Positions 28,158 through 36,180 of a DNA stretch of 64,000 nt are shown piece by piece (the first letter of the stretch is position 1; every line of letters starts with the position of its first letter). The notes beneath the pieces were generated by a model. It did not search any database and was not told the DNA's origin. It saw only the letters and a program-made list of their open reading frames with translations. The position numbers and the translations under genes are program-made. The stretch comes from Acidobacteria bacterium 13_1_40CM_65_14 (lineage in GTDB: Bacteria > Acidobacteriota > Vicinamibacteria > Vicinamibacterales > CAVVIG01): contig MNEX01000136.1 of the NCBI GenBank assembly GCA_001917905.1, forward strand, positions 10,711 through 74,710. Direction: 5' to 3'.

Positions 28158-29342
28158 ATGAAACTCGAACAGTTTGCGATGGAACGCATGCAATCCACCT
28201 ATGAAAACCAGGTGGAGTTCAACCTGTCGGAGAGCGGCGTGCAGCCGCTGCGCCTCGCCGAGCTCGTCGACGATGAGGCTGCACGCAACGCGCTGATGAC
28301 TGAAGCGCTCCGTTATACACAGTCGAACGGCACTGTGCCCTTGAGGTCGGATATCGCCGCGCTGTATTCGGGGGCGGACGCGGATCGCGTGCAGGTCACC
28401 AACGGCGGATCGGAAGCCAACTACATCACGACGTGGCACCTCGTCGAGCCGGGCGATGAAGTCGTGCTGATGGTGCCGAACTACATGCAGACGTGGGGTC
28501 TGGCGCGCGCGTTCGGCGGCATCGTGAGAGAGTGGCCGCTCGTCCCCGCCGAAGCCGCACGCGGCGAAGGCGGGCGCTGGCGGGTCGACATTGATGCGCT
28601 CGCTCGTCTGGTGTCGTCGCGAACGAAGCTGATCATCATCTGCAATCCGAACAACCCGACCGGCGCACGCATCGACGCGGCGGATCTCGACGGCATCGCC
28701 GCGATTGCGTCACGGCACGGCACGTGGATTCTCTCGGACGAGATCTATCGCGGAGCGGAGCTCGACGGCCGCGAGACGCCGTCGATGTGGGGCCGCTCGG
28801 ATCGCGTCATCGTCACGAGCGGTCTGTCGAAAGCGTACGGACTGCCGGGACTCCGGATTGGCTGGATCGTCGGACCGCCCGCGACCGTCGCGTCGCTGTG
28901 GTCGTATCACGATTACACGACCATTTCGCCAGGCGCGCTCAGCGATTTCCTGGCGCGGCGCGCGCTCGCGCCCTCGCACCGCGCCCGCATCCTCGCGCGG
29001 ACGCGGAAGATTCTGAACGAGAACTTTCCCGTCATCGCGCAGTGGCTTGACGCGCACGGCGGCCTCTTCAGCTACGCGCCGCCCGACGCGGGCGCCATCG
29101 TGTACGTCCGCTACCACCATCCCATCAACTCGACGGATCTCGTCACCAGGCTGCGCGAGCAGAAAAGCGTGCTGATCGTCCCGGGCGATCACTTCGGCAT
29201 GGACGGCTATCTGCGAATCGGCTTCGGCGACGATGTCGAGTACCTGCGGAAGGGATTGAATCGGCTGGATGAGCTGTTGACGGAGCTGGTCCGGCTGAGG
29301 CCGGACACCACCGGAACCACGGCGCCAACCGTTGCCCGGTGA
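28158..29342 (+). CDS. Class I/II PLP-dependent aminotransferase
   Basis: 394 aa. NPNNPTG ... SGLSKAYGLPGLRIGW (PLP-lysine motif). Confidence 0.85.
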   Translation: MKLEQFAMERMQSTYENQVEFNLSESGVQPLRLAELVDDEAARNALMTEALRYTQSNGTVPLRSDIAALYSGADADRVQVTNGGSEANYITTWHLVEPGDEVVLMVPNYMQTWGLARAFGGIVREWPLVPAEAARGEGGRWRVDIDALARLVSSRTKLIIICNPNNPTGARIDAADLDGIAAIASRHGTWILSDEIYRGAELDGRETPSMWGRSDRVIVTSGLSKAYGLPGLRIGWIVGPPATVASLWSYHDYTTISPGALSDFLARRALAPSHRARILARTRKILNENFPVIAQWLDAHGGLFSYAPPDAGAIVYVRYHHPINSTDLVTRLREQKSVLIVPGDHFGMDGYLRIGFGDDVEYLRKGLNRLDELLTELVRLRPDTTGTTAPTVAR

Positions 29343-29460
29343 GGTTCGATCTCGTTCTCGTTTACTCGGGAGATCGCGATCGTCCAGCGCGGCGGGAACC
29401 TGACGCAGACGGCCTACGCGCTCGTCTCAGATTTAGTGGCTATTGCTAATCTGGTGGCCC

Positions 29461-29706
29461 CTACCCCCCGGCGTTCGCGCGCCAGTCGGCAATCGCGGTC
29501 ATGAGCGCCGGCTCGTCGAAACCTTTGATCGTGCGATCGCCGAATACCGTGACCGGAATCGTACGGAATCCGCGCGCGATGAGATCGCCGTACGCGCGAT
29601 CGTCCTCGTCGACGTTGTACGCCGTGAACGGCACACCTTCGCGTGAAAGCAACGCTTTCACCTGTTCGCAGCTGCGTCAGGCGCTGCCAGCGTAGACGAT
29701 AATCAT
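29461..29706 (-). CDS. Glutaredoxin-like (NrdH/YruB-type) protein with in-frame TGA at the first active-site Cys: candidate selenoprotein, or nonsense pseudogene
   Basis: ATG 29706 gives MIIVYAGSA-[TGA 29679..29677]-RSCEQVKALLSREGVPFTAYNVDED...TIPVTVFGDRTIKGFD, i.e. a U-x-x-C in place of C-x-x-C. The ORF track reports only the 66-aa part after the TGA. Confidence 0.5.
29643..29661 (-). promoter_or_regulatory. SECIS-like stem-loop downstream of the in-frame UGA
   Basis: mRNA: UGA-CGCAGCUGCGAACAG-GUGAAAGC-GUU-GCUUUCAC. Perfect 8-bp stem, 3-nt loop starting with G, loop 23 nt from the UGA. Confidence 0.4.
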
Positions 29707-29715
29707 CTGTTCATT

Positions 29716-31020
29716 ATGCCGTCACTCGATGGAATCACCGTGCTCGACCTGACGCGCGTGCTGTCGGGCCCGTACTGCGCGATGATGCTCGGCGACATGG
29801 GTGCGCGCGTCATCAAGATCGAACAGCCAGGTAAAGGCGACGACACGCGCGCGTGGGGGCCGCCGTTTCTGCACCCCAGCGCGCACAAACCGCGCGCTGG
29901 GGACCCCGGCTTCCACCCCAGCGCGCACAAACCGCGCGCTGGGGACCCCGGCTTCCACCCCAGCGCGCACAAACCGCGCGCTGGGGACCCCGGCTTGGAA
30001 GGCGAGAGCGCGTACTTCCTCAGCATCAACCGGAACAAGGAAAGCGTCACGCTCGACTTCAAGCATCCCGAGGGCCGCGCGATCCTCGATCGCCTCATCG
30101 CCAAGAGCGACGTCCTGGTCGAAAACTTCCGTCCAGGCACGCTGGCCAAGATGGGACTCGACTACGCGTCGCTGGCGCCGAAGCATCCACGGCTCGTGTA
30201 CGCGTCGGTGTCGGGCTTCGGGCAGACGGGCCCGCGCCGCACGGAGCCGGGCTATGACGCGGTGATCCAGGCGGAAGGCGGGCTGATGAGCATCACCGGC
30301 GCACCGGACGGTCCGCCGTATCGACTCGGCGTCGCGATCGCGGACATCGTGTCGGGCATGTTTGCCGCGTATGGCGTCGTCACGGCGCTCTTTGCACGCG
30401 AGCGCACCGGCCGCGGCCAGATGGTGGACGTCGCGATGCTCGACGCCGTCGCCGCGCTGCTGACGTACCAGGCCGGCAATTACTTCGCGAGCGGCAACGT
30501 GCCCGCGCGGCTCGGCAATCGCCACCCGAGCATCGTGCCGTACGAGACGTTCGCGGCCGAGGACGGCGAGTTCGTGCTCGCGGTCGGCAACGAAGACTTG
30601 TGGCGCCGCTTCTGCGAGGTGGCCGAGCTCGATCTCGGCGAGCGCTTCGCCACGAATCGTCAGCGGGTCACGCAATACGACGGGCTGCGCCCGCTGATTG
30701 CCGACGCGCTTCGGCGTCACACGCGGCAGTACTGGATCGAGCGGCTGACGGCAGCCGGCGTCCCGTGCGGATCGGTCCGCAATCTGCAAGAGGTGTTCGA
30801 CGATCCACAGCTCGGCGCGCGAGCGATGATCGCCGAGCTCGAACATGCGACGATCGGTCCACTGAAAATGCTCGGCGTGCCGGTGAAGCTGTCGGAAACG
30901 CCCGGCGCCGTGCGGACGCCGCCACCACGGCTCGGCCAACACACGGACAGCGTGCTGCAGCACGATCTCGGTTTCGACACCGACGCCATCACGCGGCTGC
31001 GCGCGCAGAAGGTTGTCTAA
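29716..31020 (+). CDS. Family III CoA-transferase (CaiB/BaiF)
   Basis: LDGITVLDLTRVLSGPYCAMMLGDMGARVIKIEQPGKGDDTRAWGPPF ... SAYFLSINRNKES ... VENFRPG ... SGFGQTGP. Confidence 0.9.
   Translation: MPSLDGITVLDLTRVLSGPYCAMMLGDMGARVIKIEQPGKGDDTRAWGPPFLHPSAHKPRAGDPGFHPSAHKPRAGDPGFHPSAHKPRAGDPGLEGESAYFLSINRNKESVTLDFKHPEGRAILDRLIAKSDVLVENFRPGTLAKMGLDYASLAPKHPRLVYASVSGFGQTGPRRTEPGYDAVIQAEGGLMSITGAPDGPPYRLGVAIADIVSGMFAAYGVVTALFARERTGRGQMVDVAMLDAVAALLTYQAGNYFASGNVPARLGNRHPSIVPYETFAAEDGEFVLAVGNEDLWRRFCEVAELDLGERFATNRQRVTQYDGLRPLIADALRRHTRQYWIERLTAAGVPCGSVRNLQEVFDDPQLGARAMIAELEHATIGPLKMLGVPVKLSETPGAVRTPPPRLGQHTDSVLQHDLGFDTDAITRLRAQKVV
29872..29997 (+). repeat. 3 x 42-bp tandem hairpin repeat, in frame within the CoA-transferase
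   Basis: caccccagcgcgcacaaaccgcgcgctggggaccccggcttc x3. Encodes HPSAHKPRAGDPGF x3. Each unit holds an 11-bp perfect stem, ccccagcgcgc/gcgcgctgggg. Confidence 0.95.
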
Positions 31021-31120
31021 GCGGGCGGACGGCATCGAAACGGCACACGCGCGAGCGGCGACAGGCGCCCTGGGCTTCTGGTACCGCGGACTGAGCGGAT
31101 AGACGTCGCGAGCAACCGGC

Positions 31121-31172
31121 GCGAGCCAAAGGCGAGCGCCGACAGGTGGCGGGGGTGGAGCCCCGCCACACC
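31121..31172. repeat. GC-rich palindromic element immediately upstream of a start codon
   Basis: GCGAGCCAAAGGCGAGCGCCGACAGGTGGCGGGGGTGGAGCCCCGCCACACCTAAGAAAACGATG. Near-identical in layout to the iscA copy. Confidence 0.8.
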
Positions 31173-31182
31173 TAAGAAAACG

Positions 31183-31608
31183 ATGGAAACCTCCAACGTC
31201 CGCCAACGACTGCAGCAAACCATCGAGCGCGCCAGGCGCAGCGCGGGCGAGCGGCGCGCGCGCAACGACGAAGCCACGCGCGCCTTCAACGACTTCCTCG
31301 ACCACGTGGCGGTTCCGCTGTTCAAGCAGATCGCCAACGTCCTCAAGATCGAGAACTACCCGTTCACCGTGTTCACGCCGGCGGGCAACGTCCGGTTGAT
31401 GTCCGACAGAAGCGCAGACGACTATATCGAGCTTGCACTGGATACGAGCGACGCAGAGCCGCGCGTGATGGCGCACATCAGCCACAGCCGCGGCCGGCGC
31501 GTCGTCGACGCCGAACAGGTGGTTGGAAGCGGCCGGCCGGAGACGCTCACCGAAGAAGATCTGTTCGCGTTTCTGCTGAAGGAACTGGAACCGTTCGTCG
31601 AGCGGTGA
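31183..31608 (+). CDS. Hypothetical protein
   Basis: 141 aa, coding-like composition. No family recognised. Confidence 0.55.
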   Translation: METSNVRQRLQQTIERARRSAGERRARNDEATRAFNDFLDHVAVPLFKQIANVLKIENYPFTVFTPAGNVRLMSDRSADDYIELALDTSDAEPRVMAHISHSRGRRVVDAEQVVGSGRPETLTEEDLFAFLLKELEPFVER

Positions 31609-31617
31609 CACAACGTC

Positions 31618-31680
31618 AAACGCAGAAACCGCAGAACACGCAGAGAAAGGCTTGCTCTGCGGATTCAGCGAGTTCTGCGT
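31618..31680. repeat. Hairpin repeat (CGCAGAA-type arms)
   Basis: aaacgcagaaaccgcagaacacgcagagaaaggcttgctctgcggattcagcgagttctgcgt. Confidence 0.8.
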
Positions 31681-31698
31681 CGAGCGGTGACACCACGA

Positions 31699-31770
31699 CG
31701 AACGCAAAGGTCGCAAAGGCCGCAAAGCAAGATTTTCTCTGCGGTCTTCGCGGTCTTTGCGTTCTTCGGT
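31699..31770. repeat. Hairpin repeat (CGCAAAG-type arms)
   Basis: cgaacgcaaaggtcgcaaaggccgcaaagcaagattttctctgcggtcttcgcggtctttgcgttc. Confidence 0.8.
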
Positions 31771-31772
31771 TT

Positions 31773-33950
31773 TTAGGCGAGACGCTCCGCAAACGACGTA
31801 TCGAGACCCTGGCGCTTGAGGAGCGCGAGGAAGCCCGGACGATCGCTCGAACGACGGTAGGCTTCGCGGCTGTCGACGGCGCCGCTCTGGACGAAGCCGA
31901 CGAGCGAATCGTTGAGCGGCACCATCCCGTGCCGCCGTCCGCCTTCGATGGCCATCGGCAGCTGCGACGTCTTGCCTTCCGCCAGCACGCTCGCCACCGC
32001 GGGCGTGTTCAGCAGCACCTCGCGCGCCGCCACGCGTCCGCCGCCCATCTTGTGCAAGAGCACCTGCGCGATGACGCCGCGGAGATTGTCAGCCAACGCC
32101 AGCTGCACCTGACGACGGTACTCCGGCGCGTACAGATCGATGATGCGGTCGATCGCGGCCGCGGCCGTGTGCGCCGAAAAGCCGCCGATGACCAGGCGGC
32201 CCGAGGCCGACGCTTCGAGCGCCACGTTCATCAGGGCGCCCGTGCGCAGATCCTCGATGATCAGGACGTCGGGATCCTCGCGCAGCGCCGCCCGCGCGGC
32301 CGCCAGCAGATCGTCGTCGTCGCCGCGCACCTCGCGCTGGCTGATGAACGAGCTGCCGCGATCGTGGACGATGTTGATCTCGCGCTCGATCGTGATCACG
32401 TGATCGCGCCGTGACCGGTTGATCAAGTCGACGTAGGCCGCCATCAGCGTGCGCTTCCCGCTCGACCGGGGACCGGCAACCACCACCAGGCCCTCCGGCT
32501 CGATGGCCAGCGCCTGAATCGCGCGCGGCAGACCGAGCTGATCGACCGACACCGTGCGCATCGGCATGAGGCGAAAGACGCCGCCGGGTCCGCGATGATC
32601 GCGGAAGCTCATGCACCGCACCCGACCGACATCCTCGATGTCGACGATCCATTCCGTCGTCGCGCCCGTCCGCAGCGCTTCGTGGCTGCGCTCCGGCATC
32701 AGCGTCAGCAACAGCGACTCGACGTCGCGCGCCGTCAGCTCCGCTTCGCCGTCAAGCCGCTGCAGCTCGCCGTCGACGCGGACCGACGGCTGGGCGTCCG
32801 ACGAGAGGTACAGTGTCGACGCGCCACGCGCGGCCGACACGCGCAGCAGGCGATCGAGGCCGAATACCGGCGGTTCGACGGTTGGCGACGCGGGCGCATC
32901 GCTCCGGATCGGATTCCGTGAGATCGGCAAGACGACCGCGGGCTGCGGCGGTTCGGCGCGCGGCGGCGGTTGCGCGGGACGCAGCGGCCGTGCGGCTCGC
33001 TCCTGCGCCACCGGCGGGGGCGGGGGGGCGGCCACGGGTGGTGGCGGCGCGGCGGCCATCGGCGGAGGCGGCGCGGCGGGAACGCGCGGCGACTCCTCAC
33101 GCGGCGTGAGCGGCGGTGTGTCGCGAACGAGCGGCTCGACGCGCGGCGGCGCCTCGCGCGGCGTGAGCGGCGGTGTGTCGTGAACAACAGGCGCGACGCG
33201 CGGCGGCGCCTCGTACTCCGGCTCGACGTGCTCCGGTTCCGGCTCGGCGTACTCCGGCTCCTCGGTAGCCGTTCGTTCGTACGCCGGCGAGTCCGCGTCC
33301 ACCGCGACGTCCTCCGACTCGAACGACGTCGTCGTCTCGCTTGGCCAGAGCTGGGTCGCGTCAGGCAACAAGAGGTCGTCGCCGTTGGCCTCGTCGAACT
33401 CTTGGACGGACGCGACCGCCTCTGCTTCATCAACAGCGCGAGCCTGGAGATGTTCGACGGCCTGCGCACGCTTTGTCTCCTCCAGCAATTCCAGCGGCAC
33501 GAGATCGTCATCGTGGTGTGGGAAGGAAGCGACCGTCGGCGGAGCGGCAACACCGGCCGGCTGCGCGGCCTGTGGCGCGGACGGCGCGCCGGGAGGCGGC
33601 GCAAAGAATTCCTCCGGCACGTGATCTTCGTCTGGCACACGTCGCCGGCGAATCTCCACCCAGACGTCGTCTCCACCGCGCGCCGCGACGACCGTGAAGT
33701 GCTCACCCGGAAACTCCGGCATCGCCTGCAGCTCGTACTGCACGGCGCCGAACTCGTCGAGGGCGCTTTGGAACTCCGGGGGCAGCAGCTGATTGACGAT
33801 GCCGTTGACGGCATCGAGCGTCAGACCACGGCTGGCGAGATCGGTCTGTCCCGTGGACCCGACCACGTACGGCTTGTCGCCGGCGTGCATCACCAAGGCC
33901 TCGCCATCCACGTGGATGACCGCCTGGAGCAGAGACGGAACGATACTCAT
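31773..33950 (-). CDS. PilT/PilU-like (type II/IV secretion ATPase fold) protein with degenerate catalytic motifs, duplicated N-domain and Pro-rich linker
   Basis: C-terminal half aligns to PilT (GLVVVAGPRSSGKRT, ITIEREIN, DPDVLIIEDLRT, GFSAHT). The N-terminal 105 aa resemble a second PilT N-domain. The central region is PPP-rich. Start at MSIVPSLL (33950). Confidence 0.75.
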   Translation of the reverse strand: MSIVPSLLQAVIHVDGEALVMHAGDKPYVVGSTGQTDLASRGLTLDAVNGIVNQLLPPEFQSALDEFGAVQYELQAMPEFPGEHFTVVAARGGDDVWVEIRRRRVPDEDHVPEEFFAPPPGAPSAPQAAQPAGVAAPPTVASFPHHDDDLVPLELLEETKRAQAVEHLQARAVDEAEAVASVQEFDEANGDDLLLPDATQLWPSETTTSFESEDVAVDADSPAYERTATEEPEYAEPEPEHVEPEYEAPPRVAPVVHDTPPLTPREAPPRVEPLVRDTPPLTPREESPRVPAAPPPPMAAAPPPPVAAPPPPPVAQERAARPLRPAQPPPRAEPPQPAVVLPISRNPIRSDAPASPTVEPPVFGLDRLLRVSAARGASTLYLSSDAQPSVRVDGELQRLDGEAELTARDVESLLLTLMPERSHEALRTGATTEWIVDIEDVGRVRCMSFRDHRGPGGVFRLMPMRTVSVDQLGLPRAIQALAIEPEGLVVVAGPRSSGKRTLMAAYVDLINRSRRDHVITIEREINIVHDRGSSFISQREVRGDDDDLLAAARAALREDPDVLIIEDLRTGALMNVALEASASGRLVIGGFSAHTAAAAIDRIIDLYAPEYRRQVQLALADNLRGVIAQVLLHKMGGGRVAAREVLLNTPAVASVLAEGKTSQLPMAIEGGRRHGMVPLNDSLVGFVQSGAVDSREAYRRSSDRPGFLALLKRQGLDTSFAERLA

Positions 33951-34060
33951 TTTCTTGACGAGCGCGGGGCCCCAGCCCCGCGCCTGACGCCCTCGAGGCT
34001 TTCTCCAATGCTCGCGGGGCCCCACCCCCGCTCGCCTCGCTCGCGCATTCGCACTCCCTC
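33951..34060. repeat. Two GC-rich palindromic elements upstream of the PilT-like gene
   Basis: gcgcggggccccagccccgcgc and gctcgcggggccccacccccgctcgcctcgctcgc. Confidence 0.7.
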
Positions 34061-34155
34061 ATGCCGCGGGCGCTGCGCTCGGCAGTATCCAGAACAGCAC
34101 GTCAGGTCAGAGTCCACCACTCGTCCCGTTGTTTCGGTACGAATACACGTGAGCA

Positions 34156-34590
34156 TTAGGCACGCCGTGGTGATCCGACCTCATAAATACGCACGAGCTC
34201 GACCAGCTTGTAGCCGCGCGTTTGATAGGGCGGGACAATCCGCTCGGTGCGCAGGTACTGGAGCATGCCTTCGTCGGAATAGTCCGGGCCGCCGATGTCG
34301 GCGACCGTGGTGAGCGCCTGCTCGAGACCCGCGACGTCGAGCGCCTTTTCCGTGACCGTACGCATGGTCGGCAAAAAGCCGAACCGCGTCGAGCGCTCCT
34401 GGCGATCCCTGGTCGCGAACCCCACGAACACCTCGTTGCTGATGAAGTTGTAGTCGGCCTCCGATCGGGTGGCCGGCGCGTCTTCGACACGGACGAACGC
34501 CACGCCGTCGATCTCGCGCAGCCGTTCGATCAAGAGCTGCGTGAACGTCCCCTCGCCCGACCACTTCGACGTGTCAAGTTCTGACGGCAC
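34156..34590 (-). CDS. Hypothetical protein
   Basis: 144 aa. Overlaps the ubiE stop by 17 nt. No family recognised. Confidence 0.5.
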   Translation of the reverse strand: MPSELDTSKWSGEGTFTQLLIERLREIDGVAFVRVEDAPATRSEADYNFISNEVFVGFATRDRQERSTRFGFLPTMRTVTEKALDVAGLEQALTTVADIGGPDYSDEGMLQYLRTERIVPPYQTRGYKLVELVRIYEVGSPRRA

Positions 34591-35317
34591 GATGGATCGC
34601 CATGAGACCGCCGAGCACCGGATAGTACCGCGCGCCGCTCAAGCCCTGCTCTTCGAGCAGTCGGACGACGGCCGCGGCGCCGGGATACTGGCGAATCGAC
34701 GCCGGAATGTACCGGTACGTATCCGGATCGCGATGCAGCATCCATCCGAGTGTCGCGCCGACCGTGTTCAAGTACATCAAGTACACGGCGCGCACGAGAC
34801 CGTTCGACGGCCGATTGAAATCGAGCGACAGCATTTGTCCGCCGGGCTTCAACACCCGATGAATCTCCCGGATGGCCAGCGTGAGGTCCGGCACGTTGCG
34901 CAGTCCATACCCGGTGGTGACGATATCAAATGACGCGTCGGGAAACGGCAGCGCCAGCATGTCGCCGACCACAAAACGTAGCGCGGCCCTTGTAGGGCCG
35001 CGATCGCGGGGCTGAAAGCCCGGCGCTACTTTTGATTGCGCCAGTTCGATCATCCGGTGCGTGACGTCGAGGCCGACCACGTTCGCGCCGCGCGCCGCGA
35101 GGGCAAACGCGATGTCGCCGGTGCCGGTCGCGAGATCGAGCGCTCGCGCGCCGGCCCGAGGCGACGCGAGATCCACGAGCCGCCGCTTCCATCGGCGATC
35201 CTGTCCGTACGACAGCGCCACCGTAATGAAGTCATAGCGGTCCGCGATCGTCGCAAACAGCACGCGCACGTAGCGGCGCTTGCCGTCGGGCGTCGCAATT
35301 GAATCCCGCAAGGGCAT
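34574..35317 (-). CDS. ubiE: Demethylmenaquinone/ubiquinone C-methyltransferase (UbiE/MenG)
   Basis: VRVLFATIADRYDFITVALSYGQDRRWKR ... ALDLATGTGDIA ... YGLRNV. Confidence 0.88.
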   Translation of the reverse strand: MPLRDSIATPDGKRRYVRVLFATIADRYDFITVALSYGQDRRWKRRLVDLASPRAGARALDLATGTGDIAFALAARGANVVGLDVTHRMIELAQSKVAPGFQPRDRGPTRAALRFVVGDMLALPFPDASFDIVTTGYGLRNVPDLTLAIREIHRVLKPGGQMLSLDFNRPSNGLVRAVYLMYLNTVGATLGWMLHRDPDTYRYIPASIRQYPGAAAVVRLLEEQGLSGARYYPVLGGLMAIHRAVRT

Positions 35318-35410
35318 TTTTTACTTTCTCGCGGGCCGCGCCATGCTCCATCGCGCTTGGGGCCCCACCCCCAAGCGCTTTCGCTCGCGCATCCGCGCTC
35401 GCTCAGGCTC
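35318..35410. repeat. GC-rich palindromic element immediately upstream of ubiE
   Basis: Gene strand: ...GCGCTTGGGGGTGGGGCCCCAAGCGC...CGCGAGAAAGTAAAAAATG. Confidence 0.75.
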
Positions 35411-35483
35411 ACGGCTGTCGCTCGCTGACGCCTCGCACGCGTCGCGCGAAGCGCTCGCGTGCTGGCGTGGCCGCAGGCGCTCG

Positions 35484-35489
35484 CATAAT
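35484..35489 (+). promoter_or_regulatory. -10-like hexamer CATAAT, 9 nt before the ATG (possible leaderless transcript)
   Basis: gctcgCATAATatcgtctgaATG. Confidence 0.3.
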
Positions 35490-35498
35490 ATCGTCTGA

Positions 35499-36176
35499 AT
35501 GCTTCCCTCGAGCACCGTCGAGAACTACCTGAAAGCGATCTACCAGGGCCAATCCGCGTTGCCGCGCGACCAGCGGCTCGTGTCGATGGGACAGGTCGCG
35601 ACCGCGCTGGGCGTCACGCCCGGCACCGCGACGACGATGGTGAAGGCGCTGGCCGAGTCGGGGCTGGCGGAGTACGAGCCGTACAGCGGCGTGCGGCTCA
35701 GCGCGGCGGGCGAAAAACTCGCGGGCCTCGTGCTCCGACGTCACCGTCTCGTCGAGCTGTTTCTCGTCAAGGTGATGGGCATGAGCTGGGCGGAAGTCCA
35801 CGACGAGGCGGAGCAACTCGAGCACGTCGTGTCGGAGCGATTAATCGAGCGGATCGACGAGATGCTCGGCCGCCCGACGCACGATCCGCATGGCGATCCG
35901 ATTCCGAACCCTGATGGCGCCATCAATGCGAAAGATCTCGACAGCCTGCTGACGTGTCCGGTCGGCACGCCGCTGAAAGTGACGCGTGTCGCCGACCAGG
36001 ACCCGGCGTTTCTCCGATTCATCGAGAACAACGACCTCAAACCGGGCCAGCGCGTCGAAGTCGAGACGCGCGATCCGGCCGCCGATTCCGTGATGCTGCG
36101 CGGCAAAGACCATCGTCGCATCACGATCGGCGCACGCGCCGCCTCGAAGCTCCTCGTCGAAGTCGAGCCCGCCTGA
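35499..36176 (+). CDS. DtxR/IdeR/MntR-family metal-dependent repressor
   Basis: STVENYLKAIY ... VTPGTATTMVKAL ... RRHRLVELFL ... HDEAEQLEH. C-terminal SH3-like/FeoA domain. Confidence 0.9.
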   Translation: MLPSSTVENYLKAIYQGQSALPRDQRLVSMGQVATALGVTPGTATTMVKALAESGLAEYEPYSGVRLSAAGEKLAGLVLRRHRLVELFLVKVMGMSWAEVHDEAEQLEHVVSERLIERIDEMLGRPTHDPHGDPIPNPDGAINAKDLDSLLTCPVGTPLKVTRVADQDPAFLRFIENNDLKPGQRVEVETRDPAADSVMLRGKDHRRITIGARAASKLLVEVEPA

Positions 36177-36180
36177 CTTG

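Noticed and set aside
27303-28439. N-terminal about 380 aa of the 610-aa ORF 26607..28439
   Set aside because: Only the last 231 aa (from MRLIAVVW, 27302) form a SIMPL protein with its own signal peptide. The upstream part is an alternative frame of the FGE-like gene.
29428-29453. AT-rich hairpin cagatttag…ctaatctg between convergent genes as an intrinsic terminator
   Set aside because: The stem is weak, bulged and 8 bp long, with no following U-tract on either strand.
29872-29997. Possible CRISPR array (also 36220-36303 and 47300-47420)
   Set aside because: The units are directly tandem with no unique spacers. Each unit is itself a hairpin of a dispersed REP family. No cas genes are present.
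29722-31725. 667-aa ORF antisense to the CoA-transferase and the 31183 gene
   Set aside because: Arg-rich nonsense translation. It spans two well-supported plus-strand genes and an intergenic repeat.
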